Assembly: GCA_963732385.1 (NCBI GenBank)
Contig: CAVSZB010000004.1
Coordinates: 160,001 to 224,000 of the forward strand
DNA length: 64,000 nucleotides
Direction: 5' to 3'
Source: an uncultured bacterium
GTDB lineage: Bacteria; Krumholzibacteriota; Krumholzibacteriia; LZORAL124-64-63
Numbering within the stretch: the first letter of the stretch is position 1; each line of letters starts with the position of its first letter. The position numbers were made by a program, and so were the translations under genes. The notes under the pieces were generated by a model. It saw only the letters and a list, made by a program, of their open reading frames with translations. It made no database searches and was not told where the DNA came from. Positions 41,624-53,133 of this stretch are shown here, piece by piece.

Positions 41624-42742
41624 ATGCACGACCCGCGCCTGGCCACCCTGGCCGATCAGCTCGTTTCGTACAGTGTCGATGTCCAGCCGGGCGAGAAGAT
41701 CTACCTCGAGATCAAGGGGGTGGAGGCGCTGGCGCTCGGTCGCGAGCTGGTCCGCGCCGCCACGCAGCGCGGCGCCGTGCCGTTCTGGTACTACAACGAC
41801 GAGGATCTCGCGCGGCCGTTCGTCCGTCACGCCGGCGAGGCGCAGTTCGAGGCGTGGGGCGCCTTCCACCGCGGCATCATGGAGCAGGTCGACGCCTACA
41901 TTGCCATTCGCGGGTCCGCCAACCCGTTCGATTTCGGCGATGTCGATCCCGAGCGGATGAAATGGCACGACCTGGCCTATTGGCAGCAGGTCCACCTCGG
42001 TGTGCGCCTGAAGAAGAAATGGTGCGTGCTGCGCTATCCCAACCCGAGCATGGCGGTCCTCGCGCAGCAGCCGACCGAGGCGTTCGCCGATTTCTACTTC
42101 AAGGTCTGCCTGCTCGACTATGCCCGCCTGTCGCTGGCGATGGATCCCCTCAAGGCGCTGCTCGAACGGACCGATCGGGTCGAACTGCGCGGACCCGGCA
42201 CGGAGCTGACGTTCAGCATCAAGGACATTCCGGCCGTCAAGTGCGACGGCCGCCGCAACATTCCCGACGGCGAGATCTACACGGCGCCGGTGCGCGAATC
42301 GATGGAGGGCGTGATCACCTACAATGCGCCGAGCCTGAACAAGGGCACGCTGTTCCGCAACATCCGCTTCACTGTGGAGCGGGGGCGTATCGTCGAAGCG
42401 ACCTGCGACGGCGATCCCGCGAAGCTGAACCGCATCCTCGACACCGACGAGGGAGCGCGCTATTTCGGCGAATTCGCGCTCGGGCTCAATCCCCATATCA
42501 CCGCGCCGCTGAACGACACCCTGTTCGACGAAAAGATCTCTGGTTCCTTCCACCTCACGCCGGGCAAGGCCTATGACAAGGCTGACAACGGCAACCGCTC
42601 GACCGTCCACTGGGACCTCGTCAACATCCAGACTCCTGCCTGGGGTGGCGGTGAGATCGTCTTCGACGGCGTCGTCATACGTCGCGACGGCCTGTTCACC
42701 CTGCCCGAACTGCAGGGGCTGAATCCGGAGGAGTTGGCGTGA
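41624..42742 (+). CDS. Aminopeptidase, M29 (AmpS/AmpT) family
   Basis: DPRL..LA..LV.YS, NIPDGEIYTAP, GEFALG, LFDEKI.GSFH and HWDLV. Confidence 0.93.
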   Translation: MHDPRLATLADQLVSYSVDVQPGEKIYLEIKGVEALALGRELVRAATQRGAVPFWYYNDEDLARPFVRHAGEAQFEAWGAFHRGIMEQVDAYIAIRGSANPFDFGDVDPERMKWHDLAYWQQVHLGVRLKKKWCVLRYPNPSMAVLAQQPTEAFADFYFKVCLLDYARLSLAMDPLKALLERTDRVELRGPGTELTFSIKDIPAVKCDGRRNIPDGEIYTAPVRESMEGVITYNAPSLNKGTLFRNIRFTVERGRIVEATCDGDPAKLNRILDTDEGARYFGEFALGLNPHITAPLNDTLFDEKISGSFHLTPGKAYDKADNGNRSTVHWDLVNIQTPAWGGGEIVFDGVVIRRDGLFTLPELQGLNPEELA

Positions 42743-43443
42743 GGCGCGCGGCGGCGATCACCGCGGCGACGCTCGGCCTGTTCGTCGTTCTCGGCCTGTC
42801 CGTCGCCGCCGCTGCCGCCAGGGAGTCGGCGCCGCGCTGGGGCTTCGGCTGGGATCCGGGCGATGGGTCCGGCAGAGGTCTGACCCTGCGCCACCGGCTG
42901 GGCCGGGGGTGGGAGGTCGGTCTGGCGGCCGGTCCCGACGACAGCAAGTATGATGAAGATCGCCTCGATTGGGATTCGAGCGACCTGCCGGCTCCGGTCG
43001 AGACGCACGACGTGTACGGCTACCGCCGGGAATCGGGCTGGGTCCGCGTCACCGCCGCGCGGTGTTTCTGGCGGGACGGCCCCTTCGCCGCCGCCGCTCT
43101 GGCGGGCCTCACCTACAGTTGGAGCAATGAGCAGTGGTCCGACCGCTGGCCGGTCTCAACCCAGACCGCCGACTCGGACTACCGTAACTACCGCAAGAAT
43201 TCACGGACCGATCTCTGGCGCTGCGCGCTCGGTCTGCGCCCTTCCTGGTCAGCGACAGCCCGGCTGACCGTGGAATTCGAGGCCGGGATGGCTTTCGAGA
43301 CCTGGACGAGAACGGCCCGCGAGGACATCTGGTACGATTTCGATCCCAGGATCCAGCTCTTCTCGATCGACAACCCGAGTCATTCCTTCTCCTCGTATGG
43401 CGGCTTCGAATGGTCCCGGTTGAAATTCATCTTCTGGTTCTAG
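42739..43443 (+). CDS. Hypothetical outer-membrane beta-barrel protein
   Basis: Signal peptide; alternating aromatic/polar strands; C-terminal KFIFWF (BAM-type signal); GTGA overlap with the peptidase gene. Confidence 0.65.
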   Translation: MRRAAAITAATLGLFVVLGLSVAAAAARESAPRWGFGWDPGDGSGRGLTLRHRLGRGWEVGLAAGPDDSKYDEDRLDWDSSDLPAPVETHDVYGYRRESGWVRVTAARCFWRDGPFAAAALAGLTYSWSNEQWSDRWPVSTQTADSDYRNYRKNSRTDLWRCALGLRPSWSATARLTVEFEAGMAFETWTRTAREDIWYDFDPRIQLFSIDNPSHSFSSYGGFEWSRLKFIFWF

Positions 43444-43491
43444 ACGCTGGCGCGGCGTCCGCAGGGACGCGCGCCGGCGGGAGCGCCGCCG

Positions 43492-44391
43492 GTGATCTTC
43501 CCCGTTTCAGGCTGTGAACTGCCGCTCTGGCTGCCGCCGCTGGTGACCTTCGTCATCGGGGCGGTCTGTGCGTCGGCCGGGGTGTCGGGGGCGTTCCTGC
43601 TGCTGCCGTTCCAGATGAGCGTGCTCGGTTTCACCGCGCCGGCGGTCACCCCCACGAACCTGCTCTACAACGTGTTCGGGATTCCGGGCGGGGTGGCGCG
43701 CTACCTGCGGGAGGGGCGGCTCGACCGGACGCTCGCGGCGCTGCTCGCGCTCGGTCTGGTGCCGGGCGCGTTCCTGGGCATGCTGCTGCGGGTGCGGGTG
43801 TTGACCGATCCGGGCCGTTTCAGGCTGTTCGTGGCGGGGGTGCTGTTGCTGCTCGCGGCACGGCTCGCGGCGACGCTGCGCGCCGGAGCGGCCAACGGCG
43901 GGGGCGGGACGGACCGGATGCCGGAGGGGGCGCGGGTGGTAGCGGTGTCGCGCTCGTGGCGGCGGGTCACGGCGCGGCTCGGGCCGCAGGAGTACGCCTA
44001 CCCGCCGGTCGCCATGGCGGGACTGGCGCTGGCCGTCGGCGCGGTCGGGGGGGCCTACGGCATCGGCGGCGGCGCGCTGATGGCGCCGCTGATGATCTCG
44101 CTGTTCCGCCTGCCGGTCCACGCCACCGCGGGGGCCAACCTCGCCGGAACGTTCACCGCCTCGCTGGCGGGGGCGCTGTTCTACGCCTGGTGCGGTCCGC
44201 GGCTGGCGGGGCCCGGGGCGGTGGTCGGCCCGGACTGGGCGCTCGGCCTGCTGTTCGGCGTGGGGGGGCTGTTCGGCATGTACCTGGGGGCGTCGTGGCA
44301 GCGCTTCCTGCCGGCGCGGCTGATCAAGCTGGTCCTGACCGCCCTGATGTTGTTCCTGGCCGCGAAATACCTGTTCGATTCGCTGGCCTGA
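43492..44391 (+). CDS. Sulfite exporter TauE/SafE (TSUP) family permease
   Basis: GVSGAFLLLP, GAYGIGGG and GG..GMYLGA; multiple TM segments. Confidence 0.88.
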   Translation: MIFPVSGCELPLWLPPLVTFVIGAVCASAGVSGAFLLLPFQMSVLGFTAPAVTPTNLLYNVFGIPGGVARYLREGRLDRTLAALLALGLVPGAFLGMLLRVRVLTDPGRFRLFVAGVLLLLAARLAATLRAGAANGGGGTDRMPEGARVVAVSRSWRRVTARLGPQEYAYPPVAMAGLALAVGAVGGAYGIGGGALMAPLMISLFRLPVHATAGANLAGTFTASLAGALFYAWCGPRLAGPGAVVGPDWALGLLFGVGGLFGMYLGASWQRFLPARLIKLVLTALMLFLAAKYLFDSLA

Positions 44392-44407
44392 CCGGCGCCG
44401 CGTGGCG

Positions 44408-44938
44408 TCAGCCGGCGGCCGGCGTGATGACCACCAGCGTGTCGCCGGCGTTAACGGTGCGGCCGGCCTGCCCCGGCACGCTCGCCACCACGCCGTCGCA
44501 CGGCGCGGCCAGTTCGTTCTGCATCTTCATCGCCTCGAGCACGACGACCGGTTCGCCGCGTTTCACCGCCTGCCCTTCCCGCACCCGGATCTCGACCACC
44601 AGCCCGGGAATCTCGGCCGCCACGATGCCGCTGCCGGCCACAGTGCCGGCGGCGACGAGGGCGAGGGCGTGCAGTTCGTCCAGCACGGTCAGCTCCAGCG
44701 GCTGGCCGAGCAGGGTCGCGGTGACCTCCCCGCGCGGCCCGGACGTCGAGAGGTGGATCAGGTGCACGCGGTTGCCGATGCGCAGGGAGAGGGCGCGGCC
44801 GTTGTGGACCACGGCCGCGTCGACGTCGCGTGGCGGGGCGTCGTCGAGCTGCACGGTGAGCTGGTCGCCCTGGCGGGCCACCACGGCCCGGTGCTCGCCG
44901 TCAGGAGCCCGCAGCAGATAGCGCTTTTTCATCCACAC
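44408..44938 (-). CDS. Biotin carboxyl carrier protein of an acyl-CoA carboxylase
   Basis: EAMKMQNE biotinylation motif with an N-terminal BT-like domain. Confidence 0.9.
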   Translation of the reverse strand: MWMKKRYLLRAPDGEHRAVVARQGDQLTVQLDDAPPRDVDAAVVHNGRALSLRIGNRVHLIHLSTSGPRGEVTATLLGQPLELTVLDELHALALVAAGTVAGSGIVAAEIPGLVVEIRVREGQAVKRGEPVVVLEAMKMQNELAAPCDGVVASVPGQAGRTVNAGDTLVVITPAAG

Positions 44939-44963
44939 GGTCGTCAGGCCTCCGAGGGCGGCG

Positions 44964-46520
44964 TCAGTCGCGGCCGGTCATGCGGCGCAGCGCGGCGCGC
45001 CGCCAGTTGGTCATGGCGCACTCGCGCCCGGGGGCCCCGGCCACGTAGTCCGGGCCGCCGGCCAGCGTGCCGGCCATCCGGCGCGCCGCTTCGAACAGCG
45101 CGCCCGCCGACAGCAGCGCCTCCTGGTCGTCCGGCGCCAGGGGCGGCGCGAAGGTCGCGGGGTCGAAGCACGCCTCGATGAAACGGGTCGTGTAGCTGCC
45201 GTCGCGGAACGACGGCTGGTCGAGCGCCCAGAGGTGGAACGGGATGTTGTGGATCGGTCCGTGCAGGATGTACTCCTCGAGCGCCCGGCGGCCCCGCGCC
45301 AGGGCGCGCGCCCGGTCCTCCCCCCAGACGATCAGCTTGGCCAGCAGCGGATCGTAATGGATCGGCACCCGGCACCCCTCGGCGATGCCGCTGTCCACCC
45401 GCACGCCGGGGCCGGCCGGCTCCATGAGCGCGGTGATCTCGCCGATCGCCGGGGCGAAATTGCGGCGGGGGTTCTCGGCGCAGATCCGGAACTCGATCGC
45501 CCAGCCGCGCTGCGTGATCTCCTCCTGGCGCAGGCGCAGCCCGCGCCCGCCGGCCACATCGAGCTGCGCGCGCACCAGATCGACGCCGGTCACCATCTCC
45601 GTCACCGGGTGTTCGACCTGCAGGCGCGTGTTCATCTCGAGAAAGAAGAATTCCCCCGCCGGACTGAGCACGAACTCCACGGTGCCGGCGCCGCGGTAAT
45701 TCACCGACTCGGCGGTGCGCACCGCGGCGGCGCAGATCGCCGTCCGCAGTTCCGGTGTCAGACAGGGGGAGGGGGACTCCTCGATCAGCTTCTGGTGCCG
45801 GCGCTGCACTGAGCACTCGCGCTCGAAGAGGTGGAGCGCCCGCCCCTCGCCGTCGCCGAGCACCTGCACTTCGATGTGCTTGGGATCCTCCACGTAGCGC
45901 TCGAGGAAGACGGAATCGTCGCCGAAGGCCGACTTCGCCTCGCCCATGGTCTGGCGGAGCGCAGCGGCGAGGCCTGCCGGGTCGCGCACCACGCGCATCC
46001 CCTTGCCGCCGCCCCCGGCGGCCGCCTTCAGCAGGACCGGATAGCCGATCTCCGCCGCCGCGCGCCGTGCGGTTTCGGCGTCGCGCACCGCCTCGTCGGT
46101 ACCGGGGATCACCGGCACGCCGCTGGCGCGCATCCGCCGCCGCGCCGCCAGTTTGTTGCCCATCAACTCGATCGTGTCGGGGCGCGGTCCGATGAAGACG
46201 AGGCCCGCCTCCTCGCACATCCGCGCGAAGCCTGCGTTCTCGGAAAGAAAACCGTAGCCGGGATGGATGGCGCCGGCGCCGGCGCGTCTGGCCACCTCGA
46301 TCAGCCGCTCGCCGCGCAGATAGCTCTCGGCCGCGGGCGCCGGACCGATCGGATACGCCTCGTGGGCGAGCAGCACGTGGGCCGCCGTGCGGTCCACCTC
46401 CGAGTAGACCGCCACCGTATGCAGCCCCAGCTCGCGCAGGCCGCGGATCACGCGCACCGCGATCTCGCCGCGGTTCGCCACGAGGACCTTCGCGAAGGGG
46501 AGCCTGCCCGCCACCGTCAT
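44964..46520 (-). CDS. Biotin carboxylase subunit (propionyl-CoA carboxylase alpha-type)
   Basis: VANRGEIA, HPGYGFLSEN, GGGGKGMR, ERECSVQRRHQK and EMNTRLQVEH; GGAGG SD. Confidence 0.95.
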   Translation of the reverse strand: MTVAGRLPFAKVLVANRGEIAVRVIRGLRELGLHTVAVYSEVDRTAAHVLLAHEAYPIGPAPAAESYLRGERLIEVARRAGAGAIHPGYGFLSENAGFARMCEEAGLVFIGPRPDTIELMGNKLAARRRMRASGVPVIPGTDEAVRDAETARRAAAEIGYPVLLKAAAGGGGKGMRVVRDPAGLAAALRQTMGEAKSAFGDDSVFLERYVEDPKHIEVQVLGDGEGRALHLFERECSVQRRHQKLIEESPSPCLTPELRTAICAAAVRTAESVNYRGAGTVEFVLSPAGEFFFLEMNTRLQVEHPVTEMVTGVDLVRAQLDVAGGRGLRLRQEEITQRGWAIEFRICAENPRRNFAPAIGEITALMEPAGPGVRVDSGIAEGCRVPIHYDPLLAKLIVWGEDRARALARGRRALEEYILHGPIHNIPFHLWALDQPSFRDGSYTTRFIEACFDPATFAPPLAPDDQEALLSAGALFEAARRMAGTLAGGPDYVAGAPGRECAMTNWRRAALRRMTGRD

Positions 46521-46539
46521 GATCGCCTCCGCACCCCGC

Positions 46540-48096
<1,557 letters not shown>

Positions 48097-48302
48097 GTCG
48101 CTCCTTCCGGCCGGGTGGCGCCAGCTTCGCAGGGCGCACCGGCGGGGGGGGATCCTAAGGCAGCGCCGCGGGGGGGGTCAAGGCGGCAGCGGAGCCCGGA
48201 TCTCCGGTCTCGGGCATGGTCCGGGTCGGCACCATCTGCTATCCTGCCCAGGGCCGATGCCCCGGCCGCCCCGGGAATCGAGCGCGGAAAGGGAGACGAG
48301 AC

Positions 48303-49085
48303 ATGGAGTATCGGAATCTGCTGGTCACTTGTGCCGGAGGGGTGGCTGAGGTCACCATCAACCGCCCGGAAAAGCTGAATGCCCTCAACGCGGCGGTGGT
48401 CGACGAACTGCACGCCTGCTTCAGCGCCCTGGGCGCCGATCCGGCGGCGCGGGTGATCGTCCTGACCGGGGCGGGAGAGAAGGCGTTCGTGGCCGGCGCC
48501 GACATTGCTGAGCTGGCGGCGCTGGGCGGTGGCGAAGCGGAGCGCTTTGCCGCGAAGGGTCAGGCGCTGATGTGGAAGATCGAAAACCTGGGCAAGCCGG
48601 TGCTGGCGGCGGTGAACGGCTACGCGCTTGGCGGTGGCTGCGAACTGGCGCTGGCCTGTACGTTCCGCTACGCCTCGACCAACGCGCGTCTGGGGTTGCC
48701 GGAGGTCGGTCTTGGTCTGATCCCTGGTTATGGCGGGACGCAACGGCTGCCGCGGTTGATCGGATCGGGCCGCGCCCTTGAACTGATCCTGACCGGCGAA
48801 CCGCTCACCGCGATCGAGGCGCTGGACGTGGGGCTGGTGAATCGCGTGATGCCGCAGGAGGAACTGATGCCGGCGGTTCGTCAGACGGCCGGTCGGATAG
48901 CCGCCCGCTCCGCCGTAACGCTCCGTCTGGCCCTCAAGGCGGTTCACGAGGGGGCCAATTGCGGTCTCGACGCCGCCTGTCGGCTCGAAGCGGCCCTGTT
49001 CGGCGTCGTCGGCGCCACGGCCGACGCCGGCGAGGGGTGCCGCGCCTTCCTGGAGAAGCGGTCGCCGAAGTTTGCGGATCGCTGA
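48303..49085 (+). CDS. Enoyl-CoA hydratase (crotonase)
   Basis: [23 protein letters not shown] and [17 protein letters not shown]. Confidence 0.93.
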   Translation: MEYRNLLVTCAGGVAEVTINRPEKLNALNAAVVDELHACFSALGADPAARVIVLTGAGEKAFVAGADIAELAALGGGEAERFAAKGQALMWKIENLGKPVLAAVNGYALGGGCELALACTFRYASTNARLGLPEVGLGLIPGYGGTQRLPRLIGSGRALELILTGEPLTAIEALDVGLVNRVMPQEELMPAVRQTAGRIAARSAVTLRLALKAVHEGANCGLDAACRLEAALFGVVGATADAGEGCRAFLEKRSPKFADR

Positions 49086-49101
49086 AACCCTCTTCCCGCC
49101 C

Positions 49102-49129
49102 GCCGGTCCGGCCCCGGGGCCGGACCGGC
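49102..49129. repeat. Perfect 28-bp palindrome (stem-loop) after the crotonase gene; possible terminator or mRNA stabiliser
   Basis: GCCGGTCCGGCCCCGGGGCCGGACCGGC equals its own reverse complement and is followed by AACAATTCTTTT. Confidence 0.7.
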
Positions 49130-49211
49130 AACAATTCTTTTCGTCCCCGGCGGGCCACCGGTTATGTTTGTCAAGGAATCCTCCGCCACCCCTCACACCG
49201 AGGTGACGCGC

Positions 49212-49442
49212 ATGGAGAAAGCTGCCTCTCCCGCCGAGCCGTTCATCGAGATCGACCCGGAGCTCTGCAAGGGGTGCAAACTGTGCATCCCGATCTGTCC
49301 CAAGGAAGTCATCGCCATCGGCGAGAAGCTCAACAGCGCCAGCTATCACCCGGCCTACTACCTGGGCCAGGCTTGCACCGGCTGTGCGCTCTGCTTCTAC
49401 GCGTGCCCCGAGCCGGGAGCCATCCGCGTGGTGAAGCCTTAG
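49212..49442 (+). CDS. 2x[4Fe-4S] ferredoxin-like delta subunit of 2-oxoacid:ferredoxin oxidoreductase
   Basis: [12 protein letters not shown] and [12 protein letters not shown]. Confidence 0.92.
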   Translation: MEKAASPAEPFIEIDPELCKGCKLCIPICPKEVIAIGEKLNSASYHPAYYLGQACTGCALCFYACPEPGAIRVVKP

Positions 49443-49471
49443 GCACGTTCCCCGAACCCAGGAGTCCGGAG

Positions 49472-50545
49472 ATGGCCAATAAAGTGTTCATGAAGGGCAA
49501 CGACGCGATCATCGTGGGGGCGCTCACTGCTGGTTGCCGGGCCTACTACGGCTACCCGATCACCCCCGCCAGCGAGATCGCCCATGCCGCCGCCCTCCAT
49601 TTCCCCGCGCTTGGCGGGACGTTCATCCAGGCCGAGAGCGAAGTGGCCGCCATCAATATGTGTTATGGCACTGCGGGCATGGGGATCCGGGTCATGACCG
49701 CCTCCTCGAGCCCCGGTGTCAGCCTGAAGCAGGAGGGGCTCTCCTACTGCGCGGGCGCGGAACTGCCGGTGGTGATGGTGAACGTCAACCGCGCCGGTCC
49801 CGGCCTGGGCAACATCGCCCCCGAGCAGGGCGACTACTTCCAGGCGGTCAAGGGGGGCGGGCATGGCAACTATCGGCTGCTCGTGCTGGCTCCCAACAGC
49901 GCCCAGGAGATGTGCGACCTGACGATGCTCGCCTTCGACCTGGCCGATCGCTATCGCAATCCGGCCTGCGTGTTGGCGGACGGTTTCATCGGCCAGATGA
50001 TGGAAGCGGTCGAACTGCCCCAGGCGAAACCGGTGCCGTACGACCACACCGCCTGGTGCGTGCGCGGTGACGCCGCCACCCGCGCGAATCTGGTCAGCTC
50101 CATCGTGCTCGATCCGGCCGAGCTCGAGCGGCACAACCTGAAGCTGGCGGGCAAGTACCGGGAATGCGCGGCCAAAGAGGTGCGCTTCGAGGAGTACCAG
50201 ACCGCCGACGCCGATCTGGTCGTGGTGGCCTACGGCATCGTCTCGCGCATCGTCTACTCGACGGTCGACGAGGCCCGTTCGCGCGGCCTGAAGGTCGGCC
50301 TGCTGCGTCCGATCACCCTCTGGCCGTTCCCGACGGCGCGCCTGGCGGAACTGGCCGGGCACGCCAAAGCCTTCCTCTCGGTCGAGTTGAGCACCGGCCA
50401 GATGGTCGAAGACGTGCGGCTCGCCGTCAACGGCCGCCGCCCCGTGCACTTCTACGGCCGCTGCGGCGGCATGGTCCCGACCGGTGACGAGATCGTGGCG
50501 CAATACGAACAGATCCTGAAGGGGGCCCGCCATGAAGGTCACTGA
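49472..50545 (+). CDS. vorB: 2-ketoisovalerate:ferredoxin oxidoreductase alpha-type subunit (VorB-like)
   Basis: [29 protein letters not shown] and GGGHG.Y. Confidence 0.88.
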   Translation: MANKVFMKGNDAIIVGALTAGCRAYYGYPITPASEIAHAAALHFPALGGTFIQAESEVAAINMCYGTAGMGIRVMTASSSPGVSLKQEGLSYCAGAELPVVMVNVNRAGPGLGNIAPEQGDYFQAVKGGGHGNYRLLVLAPNSAQEMCDLTMLAFDLADRYRNPACVLADGFIGQMMEAVELPQAKPVPYDHTAWCVRGDAATRANLVSSIVLDPAELERHNLKLAGKYRECAAKEVRFEEYQTADADLVVVAYGIVSRIVYSTVDEARSRGLKVGLLRPITLWPFPTARLAELAGHAKAFLSVELSTGQMVEDVRLAVNGRRPVHFYGRCGGMVPTGDEIVAQYEQILKGARHEGH

Positions 50546-51962
50546 GAAAGCCCCGGCGTTCTACGATGTGTTCGAACGCAAGACCGGGCCGGCCCGGCAG
50601 GCCACGCACTACTGTCCCGGCTGCGGGCACGGAAACATCCACAAGATGATGGCCGAGGCGCTGACGGATCTGGGCATCGCCGAGCGCACGGTCCTGGTAT
50701 CGCCGGTCGGCTGCAGCGTGTTCGCCTACTACTACTTCGACGTGGGCAACATCCAGGCGGCGCACGGACGGGCGCCGGCCGTGGCGACCGGGATCAAGCG
50801 GGCCAACCCCGGTGCGATCGTCATTTCCTACCAGGGCGACGGCGATCTGGCGGCCATCGGCACGGCCGAGACGATCCACGCCGCCAATCGCGGCGAAAAC
50901 ATCTCGGTCTTCTTCGTCAACAACGCCATCTATGGCATGACCGGCGGGCAGATGGCGCCGACCACGCTCATCAACCAGAAGACCGCCACCACGCCGCTGG
51001 GCCGCGTCGGTGCGCTGCATGGCAATCCGATCCGCGTTTGCGAACTGCTGGCCACGCTGCCCGCGCCGACCTACATCGAGCGCGTGGCGATCGGCGAGGC
51101 GAAACACACCCAGAAGGCGCGCAAGGCGATCCGCAAGGCGCTGCAGAACCAGGTCGAGGGGCGGGGCTACAGTTTCGTCGAGATCCTTGCCCCCTGTCCG
51201 ACCGGTTGGAAGATGGATCCGGTGGACGCCCGCGAGTGGATGCTCGCCGAGATGACCAGGGTGTTCCCGCTCGGTGTTTTCAAGGACGAGGGGGACACGC
51301 GCGAGGGGCAGTGGCACCGCACGGTCACGCCGTTCGATACCGACGCGGTGTCCCGTTATTTCGGCGCGGGAGACCGCACCGAAGCCGCGGGGGCGGACGG
51401 TCCGGTGACCCTGAAGGAGGATCTGCACTGCAAGTTTGCCGGCTTCGGCGGACAGGGCATTCTTTCACTCGGACTGTTCACGGCGCAGATCGGCATGCGC
51501 GCCGGCCTGCAGGTGTCGTGGATCCCGTCCTACGGCCCGGAGATGCGGGGCGGCACGGCCAACTGCCAGGTCAGCGTTTCGGGCCGGCGCATCGGCACGC
51601 CGATCGTTGAACGTCCCAATGTCATGGTGGTCATGAACCAGCCGTCGCTCGACGCCTTCGCCAGCGAGGTGGCCGAAGGCGGTCTGCTGATCGTTGACAC
51701 GTCGATCGTGCAGGGCGAGGTGGCGAACCTGAACGCGCGCACGGTCCTGCTCCCGGCGACCCGAATCGCCGACCAGGTCGGCACGCCGAAGATCGCCAAC
51801 GTGGTCCTCCTGGGCGCGCTCTGCGCGGCCACCGGCGCTTTCCAGCCCGCGCTCGCCGAGCAGACGCTGCGCGAGGTGATCAAGAAGCGTAATCTCGTGG
51901 ACCTGAACCTGCAGGCCTTCCAGAAGGGCTACGCCTGGGTGACGGAGGGGCGTGGCGCCTGA
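50532..51962 (+). CDS. vorA: 2-oxoacid:ferredoxin oxidoreductase fused beta (TPP) and gamma subunit (VorA-like)
   Basis: [17 protein letters not shown] motif and YGMTGGQ, followed by a gamma domain with AGFGGQG and SYGPEMRGG. Confidence 0.85.
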   Translation: MKVTEKAPAFYDVFERKTGPARQATHYCPGCGHGNIHKMMAEALTDLGIAERTVLVSPVGCSVFAYYYFDVGNIQAAHGRAPAVATGIKRANPGAIVISYQGDGDLAAIGTAETIHAANRGENISVFFVNNAIYGMTGGQMAPTTLINQKTATTPLGRVGALHGNPIRVCELLATLPAPTYIERVAIGEAKHTQKARKAIRKALQNQVEGRGYSFVEILAPCPTGWKMDPVDAREWMLAEMTRVFPLGVFKDEGDTREGQWHRTVTPFDTDAVSRYFGAGDRTEAAGADGPVTLKEDLHCKFAGFGGQGILSLGLFTAQIGMRAGLQVSWIPSYGPEMRGGTANCQVSVSGRRIGTPIVERPNVMVVMNQPSLDAFASEVAEGGLLIVDTSIVQGEVANLNARTVLLPATRIADQVGTPKIANVVLLGALCAATGAFQPALAEQTLREVIKKRNLVDLNLQAFQKGYAWVTEGRGA

Positions 51963-52001
51963 GCGGCCCCCCCTCGCGGCGCCCGCAGCGAGGAGTGAGC
52001 G

Positions 52002-53123
52002 ATGATCATCGGGATTCCGCGCGAAATCGCGGCGGATGAGAACCGGGTCGGCCTGCCGCCGAGCGCCGTGCTGAGCCTCGTCCGCCAGGGGCATCAGGTC
52101 TTCGTGGAGCGGGGCGCCGGGGCCGGCAGCGGCTTCGCAGATGAGGCCTTCGCCGCGGTGGGTGCGCAGATCGTGCACGGCGCCGACGAGGTCTACCGCC
52201 GCGCCGCGCTGCTGGTGAAGGTGATCGCGCCCGACCCCTCCGAATACGAGCTCCTCCAGCCGGAGCAGACCCTGGTCGCTCTGTTGCACCTGGCGGCTCA
52301 GCCGCCGCGTCTGCTCGAAACGCTGCGTCAGGGGGGCGCCACCGCCATCGATCTCGCCACCATCGAAGACGCGGACGGGGGTTTGCCGGTGCTGCGGCCC
52401 ATGTCGCAGATCGCCGGCCGCATCGTGGCGCAACTGGCGGGACGCTACCTGCAGAGCGACCACGGTGGCCGGGGCATTCTGCTCGGCGGTCTGCCGGCCG
52501 TGCCGCCCGCCGAAGTGGTCATCCTCGGTGGTGGCGTGGTGGGGCGCAACGCCGCGCGCGCGTTTGTTGGCTGCGGCGCGCGCGTGACGGTGCTCGACAC
52601 GGATTACGAGTGCCTGCGGGAGCTGGACTGGCGGTTCGACGGGCGGCTCACCACGTTCGTAGCCACCGAGTCGACGCTGCCGAAAGTGCTGAAGTACGCC
52701 GACGTGGTGATCGGCGCGGTGCTGATCCCCGGCGCCCGCACGCCTCATCTGGTCACCCGGCAGGCGCTGGGGCTGCTCAAGGACCGCGCCGTCGTCTTCG
52801 ACATCGCCATCGACCAGGGAGGCTGTTTCGAAAGCAGTCGCCCGACCCGGCTCAGCGATCCCACCTACGTGATTGACGGCATCACCCACTTCTGCGCGCC
52901 GAACCTGCCGAGCCTGGTGGCCCGCACTGCCACGCACGCTTTGGGCAATCTTGCCCTGCCGTACCTCGCCGCCCTCGCGGCCGAACCGGCGGGCGAGGCG
53001 CTGCGCCGCGACGCCGGGCTGCGGCGGGGCGTGAACGTCTTCCGGGGCCGGGTCGTCCACGAGCGGGTCGCTGCGGCCCACCGCTGTCCCCACGAGCCCC
53101 TGGAGGGGCTCCTGTCCCGCTGA
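52002..53123 (+). CDS. ald: Alanine dehydrogenase-family protein
   Basis: [40 protein letters not shown] and NLP. Confidence 0.85.
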   Translation: MIIGIPREIAADENRVGLPPSAVLSLVRQGHQVFVERGAGAGSGFADEAFAAVGAQIVHGADEVYRRAALLVKVIAPDPSEYELLQPEQTLVALLHLAAQPPRLLETLRQGGATAIDLATIEDADGGLPVLRPMSQIAGRIVAQLAGRYLQSDHGGRGILLGGLPAVPPAEVVILGGGVVGRNAARAFVGCGARVTVLDTDYECLRELDWRFDGRLTTFVATESTLPKVLKYADVVIGAVLIPGARTPHLVTRQALGLLKDRAVVFDIAIDQGGCFESSRPTRLSDPTYVIDGITHFCAPNLPSLVARTATHALGNLALPYLAALAAEPAGEALRRDAGLRRGVNVFRGRVVHERVAAAHRCPHEPLEGLLSR

Positions 53124-53133
53124 GGAGCAACGC

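Noticed and set aside
48144..48177. Two G8 runs in the pccB/crotonase divergent region (G-quadruplex or phase variation?)
   Set aside because: G8 runs occur several times in this window and there is no supporting evidence for function.
50532..51962. Beta-gamma fusion in the 2-oxoacid oxidoreductase
   Set aside because: A known VorA-type architecture, not novel.
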